Below, piece by piece: positions 10,780 to 22,900 of a DNA stretch of 64,000 bases (position 1 is the stretch's first letter; each line of letters starts with the position of its first letter). Below the pieces are notes generated by a model, which was not told the DNA's origin, did not search any database, and saw only the letters and a program-made list of their open reading frames with translations. The stretch is from Hyphochytrium catenoides (Eukaryota > Protista > Hyphochytriomycota). A program made the translations under genes and the position numbers. The stretch spans positions 186,001 through 250,000 of the forward strand of contig FLMG01000988.1 of NCBI GenBank assembly GCA_900088475.1, in the 5' to 3' direction.

Positions 10780-12436
10780 TCAACAAACACTTTCATCGCC
10801 CTCTTGATCTATAGATGTCATGCTTGAATTGTTCTTCTGGCACGGTTGATGGCTTCTCATCTCTCCCAATTTCTCCAAAAACTCCTGTACAAATGCCTCG
10901 AGCTGCAACCAAGGGCTGATTAGAGCCTCTTCAGCTTCCCAAGCTCCAATAATGTTATGCGCATACCTCTGCCGAATTAGTGGCGTGGGTACACCTGTCC
11001 CTTAGCTCTCGTATGCCTGGTAAGCCTATGGTGTATGCTTTTATCGTCTTTCTGATTGGAATCATGGACTTTTTGAATCCTGGGAGCAGCAGTAGTTCCT
11101 TTGTATATTGTTAGGACCAGAGCTTCAATAAAGCTTATGGAATATGACAATGAAGATAAGAACTCTTCACAATATTCAGAGATCTCAAAGAACCCCGGCA
11201 ACCAGGTGAGTTCGAGCTAGGCGGGAAGATTGAAGAAGAAAGTAAGATGCAGAGAGGGTGTTGAAGGAGAGGAGTGAGCTACGTCCCGCTACCTCATACA
11301 GCCGATAATGTTCAACCATCGTCCTCAATCTTGCTGACGCATCTACCTCCAAGTTGCTTTGCACGCCTGTAAAGAGCCACGGGTTGCCAAAAATGGCGCG
11401 ACCCTGCATGGCAGGTTGGTTATGCTCATCTTTGCATAGCCCTACGCGGCAGCCGCAACAGTCTTTAGCAGGAACTAAGACTCACCAGCATTATGCCATC
11501 GCAGCCGTAGTCCAGGGCCTTCTGCTTTGCGTCCTGCATGTTCTGCACATCCCCATTACCCACCACCAAGGTGTTGGAGGTCTGGGACCGGATAAGGGCA
11601 GCCACCTCGCCTATCACGTCCCAGTGCGCGGGAACCAAAGAGAGCTCTTTCACCGTCCGCCTGCAGTATTAATGTCTCTTTAGCTCGGAAGCTACATTTG
11701 ACTGACAGGAGAAGTTTCGAGCTAGCCCACCCATGGATAGTCAAAGCGGCAGGCTCCGTCTCCAGCAGGTGCAAGATCCAGTCCCTCGGTTCAACTTTAT
11801 TAACACCAATTCGGGTCTTCACTGAGATTGGTAGATGCGGCGCAGCACGTCTACATGCCCAAACAATTTCCTTTTGAGGGGCACAAGGGCCTTGTTATGG
11901 GGACATGCCTCGACAATCCACTAAACCGTTCCTCCGGACTTACCTTTGCAACCTCTGGTGTCTTGATGAGGGCTCCACCAGCCCCTTGCTTGAGAACAGC
12001 CTTATCAGGACAGCCCATGTTGATGTCAATGCCGTCAAAGCCAAGCTCTGCACAGAGGAGGGAAGTCTAAGGGGATGGAATAAGCCTTCTGTCATCATTT
12101 GACAGGGTAATTGGTGCTGCTATTAGGACACCACTTTTTCAAGTGCAACGCACCGCTACCTACCTTATAAAATGTCTCAGGATTGGAGCCAAAGAGCTGT
12201 GCCACAATTGGTCTCTCTTGAGCACCAAAGAGGAGATCTGGCATGATGTTTTTAGCACTCTCACCTCCGCGACTCAGACCCTCACAGCTTACAAACTCCG
12301 TCCACATGACATCCGGCTTCCCTACTTTAGCCACCAGGGTGCGAAGAGCAACGTCTGTCACATCAGCCATCGGTGCCAAGCACATAAAAGGCTTGGGAAG
12401 GGTCCTCCAAAAGCCAATGGCCCCTTTCATGGTCAT
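10780..12436 (-). CDS. tRNA-dihydrouridine synthase (bacterial DusB/C-like), 7 exons
   Basis: Spliced product has [39 protein letters not shown] (catalytic Cys), [36 protein letters not shown] and a helical C-terminal domain; TGA at 10782-10780. Confidence 0.92.
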
Positions 12437-13213
12437 CTCATTTGTTGCTAACCCTAAACTTATGCTCAGCCCACGATCAACATGAGATCTTCAACAGCCT
12501 CACATCTCCTTAGAAGCCCCAGCACACATACTGGGTTACTAGGCCCCGATGGCTCTACGGGACAGAGAAGAAGAGACCGATGGCTCATAAACTCACACTC
12601 ATCGAAGCACCTTACATCCTATTCTCCATGCAGTGGACCGGTGATGGCCGCCTGCCCATCATGATGCCATCAGCAATAAACAGAGCGTTGAAGAACGGCC
12701 AAGGGCCAGCTCTTCCCCATTCTAACAACTGTTGGAGACTGGCGATCAGAATGCTCCAGCCGCTAACGGCCAGACTGAGGCAATTGGTCTCTTGCCCCGT
12801 CATCAAGCGGAGGACTATAGGAATGAGCGCTTCGGGTGCCAGCAGTCGTCGTAGGAACTAGCAGCACAGCTCACGTGCCTGCATAAAGAGCAACAGAGTC
12901 TCATCCACATCAATGAGTAGTTATCCTTCGTCTCACAGCCTCTCCAAAGATTATTGTTACAGGGGTACTCTATGACTGAGATAAATAATAGAAGACTTTG
13001 TCCTGCACCTCCTACGGCCTCGCCCCATCAGTGGCAGTATAACACAGCACTTTCAATTTTGACAGTCATGAGGTCTTGGAGAGGCAGTTTGCTGGGCTCC
13101 CCGGTCAGCGCTAGATTCAACATCCTCACTCACGTTAGAGACAAAAGATCGGCCAGCATAGGCCCACTTGAGCCCTTCCCTCGCCCTCCGCAAACGTCAG
13201 AGCTAGGAAGTGG

Positions 13214-14077
13214 CTAGCTATCTTCTCTAATTGGTAATGGTTCTTGAGTGGTAGGATGGCCTCCAACAGCCACCAGTTCACAGCCGAAGACAGTCTGAAA
13301 GGCATCAGCGACCTCAACCCGCACAGCTTCCATGGTTATATCCGGGATCCACATGTTCATGGACGCAACCTCACGGTCAGAAATGCCGCAGGGTACAATC
13401 CTGTCAAAGGCTGTAAGGTCCGTCTGGACGTTGAGGGCGAACCCATGCATTGTGATCCACTTGCTAGCGTGAGTTCCTATCGCAGCAACCTTTTTGTCTC
13501 CAACCCAAACACCTGTAAGTCCGGCGATACGCTTGGCCTCCAGTCCAAACGAGCCCAAAGAGATGATGACGACCTCCTCAACTTGCCGCATATACCAATG
13601 CAGGTCTTTCTTATAGTGCCGTAGGTCTAGAATTGGATACGCAACCAATTGCCCGGGGCCATGGTATGTCGTCTCTCCTCCTCTATCAACTCTGATAAGC
13701 TTGAAGTCCTGACAGGTTGGATCAAACTTGACGTGATCCATAGATGCTCTCCTTCCCATGGTGTAGACAGGAGAGTGCTCAAGCATAAGCAGCACATCAT
13801 CCTTGTTTTCGTCTTGAAAGCGCTCTCGCAAGAGTTCTTGCTGCCATGCCCATGCTGTCTCATACTCCACACATCCTAGCGAGTACAGATTGCACCTTCG
13901 TCGCTTAAGGCCCGCTTCCTGAGGTGCTTCTGTGTCCGGGCAAGCAGCCACGCTAGAGGATGACCTTCCTCCATACCTATGTAACAGGGAAGCATCTGCA
14001 TGGTGGGGCTTAAGCCTGCAAATGGCCGAATAGTGGGGTAGCAGTCTCTGCAAGAGTTTTGTAGATCCTGGTAACAT
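13214..14077 (-). CDS. lipB: Octanoyl-[ACP]:protein transferase LipB/LIPT2 with probable mitochondrial presequence
   Basis: LEHSPVYTMGRR, DRGGETTYHGPGQLVAYPILDL, GVWVGDKKVAAIG, ITMHGFALNV, IVPCGI. First ATG at 14077 gives an R/L/S-rich leader; a small upstream exon near 14203 is possible. Confidence 0.93.
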   Translation of the reverse strand: MLPGSTKLLQRLLPHYSAICRLKPHHADASLLHRYGGRSSSSVAACPDTEAPQEAGLKRRRCNLYSLGCVEYETAWAWQQELLRERFQDENKDDVLLMLEHSPVYTMGRRASMDHVKFDPTCQDFKLIRVDRGGETTYHGPGQLVAYPILDLRHYKKDLHWYMRQVEEVVIISLGSFGLEAKRIAGLTGVWVGDKKVAAIGTHASKWITMHGFALNVQTDLTAFDRIVPCGISDREVASMNMWIPDITMEAVRVEVADAFQTVFGCELVAVGGHPTTQEPLPIREDS

Positions 14078-14509
14078 CCCTCTGTCCACACTCTTCCTCT
14101 TCGCCTCTTCCTCCTGCTCTACCCGAGATGTGATATGGCGCAGATGATGCAGACGTAAGGCTCAACTCACCCGAAGACGAAGCTTCACTCCGTAGTGTAT
14201 CATGAGAAGCTCAGCGAGTCGAAGAGACGAAGACGAAGAAGGAAGAGTGATGACCGAAGCGATGATGGGTGAGCGAGGAGGACGAGCAATCGTGTGACGA
14301 CCATCTCAGCCCAGCAGCAGCAACACCATCAAACATCGTTTATTTCGTGAAAGTTTCTCATGCAGGCGGGAAACCTTCAGGTAGCTCTTTCCGGAGTCCC
14401 ACTGTCGCGGTCTTGTGCCACCTGAATAGAGAGTATGTGGATGGCCTCGTTGTATTCTTGATTATACCTCCGAAAGAGCGTTTTTCTGGGTCTGGTTGTG
14501 AAGAACGGT

Positions 14510-14915
14510 AAAGAGACAGAGAGGAAACATAACTGGAAAAGAACAAAAGGAAACAAGTGACAGAGTGACAACGAGAGAACAGACAGAGAGCGAAAGAGAG
14601 AGAGACAGAGAGACAGAGAGATGAGGGAGAGAGAGATGAGGGAGAGAGATGAGAGAGCGAAAGAGTGTGAGAGAGTGTGAGCGAACAAGAGGTACCAAGA
14701 GAAAGAGGAGAGAGAGAGAGACAGAGTCAGTGAGGGAGAGAGAGGGAGAGAGAGAAAGAGAGAGAGAGAGAGAGACACGAGAGGGGCAAAAAGCATGTTA
14801 AAAATCTCCTTTGTAAACACAGGAAGAGAGAGAGGCACGAAAGAGGAAGCGGGACATGAAAGAAGGGTTGAACAAACCTGCAAGAGACAGACAGTCAGAC
14901 AGAGAGAGGGAGAGC
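14510..14915. repeat. Degenerate (GA)n tract
   Basis: Visible tract between divergent LipB and nicastrin. Confidence 0.85.
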
Positions 14916-15191
14916 GGTCTGATAGATGCTTCAACCACGATGAAGCGTGAATGAGAGAAGATCACAAGGTGATGAAGCCTGCTCTGTTGATGATGATGAA
15001 GCTCTGAAGGCAACTCTATTGCCTTTGAGCTGCAACCGATCAAAGCGATCATTATTTCTTCCCTAATCTATCTATCTTGGCGGTAGATAGAGGACTTGCA
15101 ATCTGCTACGAGAGAAAACTCTCCCCCGGCGTCTTCGTAGGGCCTGGCCTTCAAAGCTTGAACTCCGTGCCGTCCAGATTGAGTCGGTGCC

Positions 15192-18100
15192 ATGAAGGGC
15201 TCGCTTCTTATCGTTGTTGGCGCGGTGCTGTTGGGCCTCTTCGTCCCGGGCGGCCTCGCCAGTAGTCGCCTCGTGGCTGGAATCCCAGAGAACATTCCTC
15301 TGGTGGGAGGTTATTGTGTCCGCCTGTACACGAGAAGTGGAAGTACTGGCTGCTACGGTGGGAAAGCTTATTCTGGTTTAGTGGAAGTGGATCCATCGCT
15401 GACTTTGTGTCTCTCTGCTTCGACCTCCTCGCCGGAACAGGCCCAATGAAGGGCCTGACTGAGGAGATATTTTCTGTGATGGAGGATGCTGAGCTCAAGT
15501 AAGGCACACTGAACCTTCTGTGTACTCCATGGCAGCTAATGGGATATTGTGAAGCACCTTCTTATCGTCTGACAAGGATGCAGTGGTCCTGCTTCCTGCG
15601 AAGCTGTTCACCCCAGAGACTCTGGCCAAGCTGGAGGCGACATCAAGATTGAAAGGAGTGCTGGTTTTGCCGGATGTATGTGCTAACATCAAGGCTGTGT
15701 GCCGCTTGATGGTCTGATGGTCTGACACTTCTTCTACTTCAGGGTACTCCATACTCTCCAGCTAGCAAGACTCCCCAAGGAAAGGAAACACCCCAAGGTG
15801 CACTCAATCCTTTCCCAGAATACGAGTGGAATCCCAAGGTGAGATTGATGATCCCCAGTACTTGTCGCCACCTTCCTCACTCTCGCATTCTGTAGGGCCT
15901 TAACTTCATTGAAAAGCCCTTTAACTATCCGGTCCTGATCGTCAACTCCTCGTTCAAGGAGACTCTGTTGAGGTAGAGAAAGAGGAGATCGAAACGGTAG
16001 ACACTTTTTCTAACGGGCCAAACGATTGTAGCCAGGTTGAGGATAACAAGGAGAATCGTCCGTTTAAATGGTCGGCAAACATGAACTACTATTATGGGCC
16101 TAAAGGCATGAACTCTACCGCTTGTCTGAAGCTGCAGAATATTTATGGACAGAGACAACCTATGTGCGACCCTGTGGGCGGACATAGTGTTTGGGCTGTG
16201 AAAGGAAACGTTAGCAAGCCGATGGTGGCAGCAATGGCCTGTACGTTCTGAATTCTTCTTGCTGTTGGTAAGAGCTCGTTGCTGATAGGCATTTCCTATG
16301 CAGCGATGGACTCTCTGGCTTTCAGTCACGTAGATGTACCGGCAGCTAACTCTGGAGCCTCAGCTATTGCCGCATTGCTGGCAGCCGCTGATTCGCTCAA
16401 AAATGTAGGCAGACAAAGAAGGAATGGGTCTTGAAGTTGCGTGATATAAGCTAACCTTTAGTTCTGACACAGGTTGATACGACCAGTCTGAACCGTTCTA
16501 TCGGTTTTTTCTTGTTCGAAGGGGAGTCTCTGGGCTTCATAGGGTCCCGGAGGTTCTTAAAGGACTTGAAGACATTTTCCGAGAAAGAGGTAGGGGTTCG
16601 CTGACAATGGATATGGGATTTACCGTCAAATTGGAGTCTCCTTCCTCATATCTATTATGTGGAGGGGCCTAGAAAATTCTATGACTAGTTTAGCCGGAAT
16701 CTATCTTGAGAGCCTGTTACCTTCTGGCGTTCATTGTTTTTATTGTTGGTTAACACTGACTGCTCCCATAGGGATGTCAGAACTTGGTCCCTGGAGACAA
16801 AGCCAAGCTTACTGGCAAACCGATGTGCGTCAACCCTGTCAGATATTCCTTAGAATTCACGAAGCTGTCTCTTCCGAATCTGGAACATATTATTGCCGTG
16901 GACCAAGTAGCAGCAGCTGATTCGAATACTGGGAAGCTTTATATCCAAAATGTACCTGTGACGAGCTTTCTAGCTTCTACTTTAACCTGGCACGCTTAGG
17001 TGCTATTCCCATACCCCCGTCATTATGGCTGGATGCTTACCTCCAGATATGCGATGCTATACTTCCTTCAGCTGCGCTTTGGCCCTAGCTGGTCCACTTC
17101 GTGTCCGCTCCTATTTGCCCGCCTTTTACATCATCTATTGCCCAATAGAACCCTGGAGCTCCTTTGAAGATATCTGATCTGGTAGCAGATATTCCGCTGG
17201 TAAAGTCAGGTAAAGTTGTTCAACATATGACAGTATATGTGCACTATTCAGCTGAGACTTTGTTGGTCTCGAGACGCTCCGTTCTCAAACCTTTCTTGTT
17301 GGTGCTATCTTGCTGATCTGCTCTGTGCAGGGGAAGTCTTGGGAAATGACGCTGGCGCGGTCCCTCCGACACCTCTATCGTCCTTTATCGTCGCAAACAA
17401 AACACTTGTTAGTGGCGTCCTAACGTAAGTGAAAGAGTAATAAAAAAGGCTCAGAGTACACAAAGACTCAGTACCGCGACGCTCCAGGGGATATAAGGAC
17501 ACATTCTCCTCAAATAGGTTTCAGGGAGACACGGACACCGAGTGGTCGACGGTAAGTCTGGCTTAGATGTCTGGCCGTGAATTTAAAAACAAGATGAAGT
17601 AGGCTTGCTCCCACATTTACTTAACGTGCATACTGCTTCCATGATTGGCGAACTGGCAAACGATGCGATCGTATTCTCTCTTTGAAGCAAGCCTTAAATT
17701 CACTCGTTCACCTCCCATTTGGTGCAGCCCATTATTGCAAAGGCTTCACTAGCTCTGGCCCAGTCTCTTTTAGCCCTGGCTGGTGGTTCATCATCCGCGG
17801 TTTCCTCACTTGAGACCAACGCCACCCTCATTGACTCCATAATGAAGGCAAGGGACAGATCAGGCAGGCCTTTTGAATATTTCTGGCTAACCCATGTGCC
17901 CTTCACCATTCTTCTGTAGTGCCTAGTAAAGGATAATGGCTGCAGCTTTTTCAAGACGGTCGCACGGACGCAGACTGTCTCTTTTAACTTGTACATGCGC
18001 TACAAAAATAACTCGTCCCCAGAGTTTACCACCGAGCCGACGCTATATGCTGGAATATACTCCTCCGAGAATAAGCAGCCAAGGGTAAGGTCAAGGATGC

Positions 18101-19236
18101 GATAGAGAGAAGTAGAATAGGGTTATGAGGGCAGCTTTTGCTTCCCGCTAGATGGACTAACATCTATTGCTCAGGTGACATACGGGGATTTCTCTACTGC
18201 TCGCCTTAGCGAAACGTATGACCCAGAGAAGCATCGGGGTAAGGAGACCTTCAGCCGTATCAGACTTTGCGTACTGTTGGCCTGGTTTGTTCTCACTCTG
18301 TCCGTCCTTCCCAGTGGCTTTCTATCCTAACCTCAAACAGAGCTTCATGCGCGCCTTTCTGGCATCTGTGACGTACGCTGTGAATAACGCCACAACCTGC
18401 AAGTGGCATGGAGACTGTAGGAAGGTGGGCACCTAAAAGTTGCGATATCCTTTGGCTGGTTTCCCTAGAACATTCTCCAGAAAATGTTGCCATTAAAAAA
18501 CTCCATGACGGCCATTTGGCATCGGTGTTTGGGAACTGGTCAATCCAAATCCTGCTTTTTCGCCACGTTGCTAGGACAATCGCCTCTTTCTCATGATGTC
18601 TTTTGAAGTCTTTCTTTATTTTGCGCTTTTCGGCTACGTGCAAAGTGTATCTCACGCATTCCCTTCAGGATAACCTTACCAGCGAGTGCGTATTCCCTGG
18701 TTATTGCGGAGTGGGTGACGCTTATTTCCACGACGCGTTCTCCCCGGCATTAGAGCCTACTACCGAGATCCGCACCTTTGACATAACGTCTGACTCTTTG
18801 GATGACCCTATTTATACTGAGCCAGTGTGAGTCCACTCTCTCAGTAACCCTCTTCTTCCGCATGCGCTGTTCAATTTGATGGCTCTCGTGGTGGTGCCAG
18901 GGAAGAACAAGGCTCTCTTTATGTTCTCACTCATTAAAAGCATCTCTTTTGGATTGCCTGTTCTGATAAAAGCTCAGCCCGCTTTGTGCAGTTGGTCGGA
19001 ACCGACGCCATCTACTCTGTCTTACCCTGACGGCGGTATCATTATGGGCTGGTCTGTTCTTGGTGCTGGTGTCCTGGGTGAGTGTTATTTGCTTTTTTAC
19101 CGTCTACCCTATCGTATAGGCTTCTCACCCCTTTCTTTCTTGATGAATGGTTTGTCTAACGGGCGCAGTCGCTGCCGCTTCAGTTGTGACCTCTTTGGTG
19201 CTTGTGAAGAACCTGGCAAAGAGCAAGGTTCTATGA
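15192..19236 (+). CDS. NCSTN: Nicastrin (gamma-secretase subunit), many exons
   Basis: Signal peptide, YCVRLYTRSGSTGC, EWNPKG, MCDPVGGHSVW, PAANSGASAIAALLAAADSL, FEGESLGFIGSRRFL (DYIGS-equivalent), VPPTPLSSF, IYTEPVWS, and a C-terminal TM helix ending LAKSKVL*. Confidence 0.9.
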
Positions 19237-19946
19237 GAGGCGTCAAGTGCGATCTTAAGCTCTGTACGACTGTAACCATAATAAACCCTACAATGCTCTG
19301 GTCCTCCCGAACTTATCTATCCAACTTCCGATGGTTTTCTGGCGAACGGCCTCAGCGCTATCTCTTGATGCAAGACAGCCAAACCTAAGCAGTCAAAGAT
19401 TGTTCAAGTCTCTATGGACGTAGGTCGGCACGAGGCACAAAGTGTCTGAAGCGGTCATCAATTCACCTGCAAACCATGATGGATCCTCATACAATCAGAC
19501 AAAGTCTCAAGGACGGCAGCCTAGTAACTCCACTGTGTTCTTGACCTTAAATGCGACAGTTATAGGAGGACTGAGCGAACATCAGCTGAGAATCTGAGCT
19601 ATCCGCTGAAAAGCCCTCCGAAGGTTAATACCTTTCAGAGAAGGGAGCTGATTTAGCTGGGGCCTCAAAAGTAAGCGACTACTCCAGGACGCCAATGGCA
19701 ATGAGCCGGTAACGCTATGAGATGATGATGCCATTCTGAAGCTTTGCTGGCGTCTTCACTTGGACTTCAGAAACTCCTCAGAAATGGCCGTGCAGCTGGC
19801 GGTGTCGTTGAAGCTCATACAGCGGGAGAGGAGGAGATGGGATCGGCTGCTTGGGCCCCAAAGTACCTTCCCTACTGCGCTCTCTGTAAAAAAATGTGCT
19901 GTTGAAGTGGTGGAGTGTGCCTCTATTTGAGGCGATCAGAAGCCCA

Positions 19947-22900
19947 ATGAGTTCACGACGAGGTGAGATGTAATCTATCGTTGTTCAACATCAAACACTA
20001 ACGTCGCTTCGTAAGGCCCAACCTTGCTCTTTGAGGAAGATGACGCGGACTCTCCAAGAGGAAGAGCAGGAGGTAGGCAGCCACAGTCACACTAGATCTG
20101 GATCAGTTCTGTGTCCACCGAAGGAGATCTCAGTTGGCTTATTTACTCCTCCTCTCCTCTCTCGTTAAATACCATTGCTTTTCTTGGGGAATGTTTCTTT
20201 AGAGAGTAAGCCTCAGGAGACCTTTGGCCCAATGCCTCCTCCAGCTGCGTCCGCGCCATCAGCACTCGCCAACTCCAGAATCCCGTTGTCACAACTTCAG
20301 CGAGGAAAGAAGAAGCTGCTCTCGCCCGGTAAGCAGCATTGATTTATAATCGTGAACATTTGGCTGCATAACCGTGGAATACTGGCTCACGACTCCAACA
20401 ATAGCAGGAGTCTTGTTCTCAGAAGATGAAGAACAAAGTCGTGACTCTCAGTCAAGTCGCTCTTTAAAAGTCCCTAAACCTAAGAGTTTGTTTGATGATG
20501 ACACAAAGTCCGTTGGGGATGAAGTCGTCAACATCTGGGAGAAGAAGATCACCTCCTACCGTTCGCAGCTGTCTGCAGCGAAAGAGAGAGAAAAGGAGGT
20601 ATCACAAAGACTATTCCAGAAGGCGGAAACGAACTCATCCTATACCACGCCACAGGCCCACTGCACCTCCCACTGCACCTCCCTATTTGCCAAGACTGCA
20701 GCTTTTAGCCTGTGGCTAGATCTTCTAACTCATCCTCCTCTGCTGCCTTGTAAAGGAGCCGCTTCTGCCTTGGTCACGCTTATGTTTCTTACGCCTAAGT
20801 ATCTTACCATTTCCCTCGTCTGTCCTTAGCAAATGTCCATGATTGAAGAACTGCGCAAGGAGGTCAGCAGACTGCGGGGTAAAGTGACCCGGAGGGACCA
20901 GCAGTTGGTGCGACTGTCCGAGGAGAGGGAGACGACCGAGAAGGAGCGGCAGATAGAAGCACAGAAGGCACAGAGCAGAGTGAAGGAGCTCCTTGACAAG
21001 CTCGCGCCTGCAGAAGAAAAGAAGCAGGCACTGGAGTATGAGCTAGAGGTAAGGGGCTAAGATAAGGCCGTGAATTTTGTAAAACTTGCGTCCTTCACAG
21101 CAATTGTAGCCCATCAGTTATAGGGTCCATTAGATGATCTGAAGCCTTGATGGGACCCATTGAGCACCTTACAGAGAAGTGCATGGCTGTTATGCTCACT
21201 GTTTTGTTATGCGCTTCCGTGACAGCTCCTGAAAGCAGACAAGAGTGCAGAGCTAGGCGACAAAGCTCAGAAGCTTCGCGATAGAGAGGCCAAACTTCGG
21301 GATGTAGAACTGGACCTTAGAAATAGACATGAGACGCTCCGGGCAAAGGAAGGTTAGAGAGAAGGGGCCTCGTTATGATTACTCTTCCCTCATCCTCTCC
21401 TTTTACGGTGGAGCCCACCATGCCAGGCGACAACTTATTACGATTTCGCCTCATACTTCTCTCGCTGTTGCCTGTCTGACCACTTCCATCACATTGTGTG
21501 CATCCATAATTCTCTATCCATTCAAATTAAATGTTCTTGTCACCCGCAGTCAGGCCCAGCTCCTCTTCGAAAACCCTATAGACCATCGGGCATGTTTCCC
21601 ACTAATCTGAGCCTAGCGTTCCCCTTTTGGCATCTGTATTTTGTTGCTACTAGCTATCTTACGTACTATTCTCCCTTTTCTCTTGGCCTCAGTGACACTC
21701 TCTCATCGAGAAGAAGCGCTGAAGTATAAGGAAGAGGTTCTTGCTGCCAAGCTGCAGCAGTTTCAAGATTATGAAAGCAAACTCAGACAGCTTGAGAAGG
21801 AGTTGAAAGGAAGAGAGGAAGACTTTCAAAAAGAGAAGAGGAGATACGCGGAGAATGAGGACGGCGACCGAGCGCGGTTCAACTTGAATAAAGAATGGGG
21901 AAAAGAAGGGCAGAGCAAAAGCGCTTTCGATGATGCCAGCAGCGCTAGCACCAGGCAAACAGGCGGCAGTCATAGATCGGCCCCAGCTGCCATGGGCAGA
22001 GTAAGGTTAGCCAGAGTATTCGAGGATAGTGTCTGCGCACCTCAGCCAATCACTGCTCTACACGCTGCCTCTCTCCACCTGTCATCATTCCCCATGTCGT
22101 ACCTACACGAATGGCGTGGGGACGTGGGATACCGGGTGGCGCCTTGCATTTATGCTTTTTGTTTTACTTTGCTCGCACCCCTTACCGACTCTTCATCGCT
22201 GCGCTATGCCGTGCTGGCTGCTAGTCCTTTTAGCTGTGCTTTTAAGACCTTGCGATTCCTCTGGTGTCAGAACCCCAGACGAGGCATCGCCTCCTGTTCG
22301 CGTCTTCGGGGCCCAGGATGAAGAGACGACCAATTCGGACAGCTTTAGTGACGGCTCGGAATTAGATGACTCTCGAACGGTATATATCGATCTTCTTCTC
22401 CTCACCTTTCAAAGTAGCTCCTTCTGCAAAAACTCTTTGCACCTTCTTGGTGTTCCATGCACACGTGTTCCTTGACGCACGTGTTTGGAGTCCGACTAGA
22501 AGTTCTAATCTCCGTCCCACGTTGCACTTAGCCTGGTTCGTCGGAAGCAAGAGATGCTCCGCCCCCTCCCCCTNNNNNNNNNNNNGGCTCCAGGTAAACT
22601 CTGTTAGTGTATCCTACAGCCCATGCGTCGACGCTGAGGACGTCTTTTCGTAGGCGGAAATCCTCATTCTCAGTCAGTGAGGGCGAAGAAGAGCAGGAAG
22701 AGAACGATGTGGAGAAAAGCAGTTTTAGCTCCAAAGGTGATGAAGGCAAGGCCTGTAGAAGACGCTTCTTGCAATGCAGGGGACAGCTAACGTTAGCCTC
22801 TGTCTTGCCTTAGGGTCTTCCGGGCGTGATCCTTCTCGTGGTGGAAGAGGCGATAACAGGTACATACACTTATATTGCTCTGCCCTTAGTGTAAGCATCT

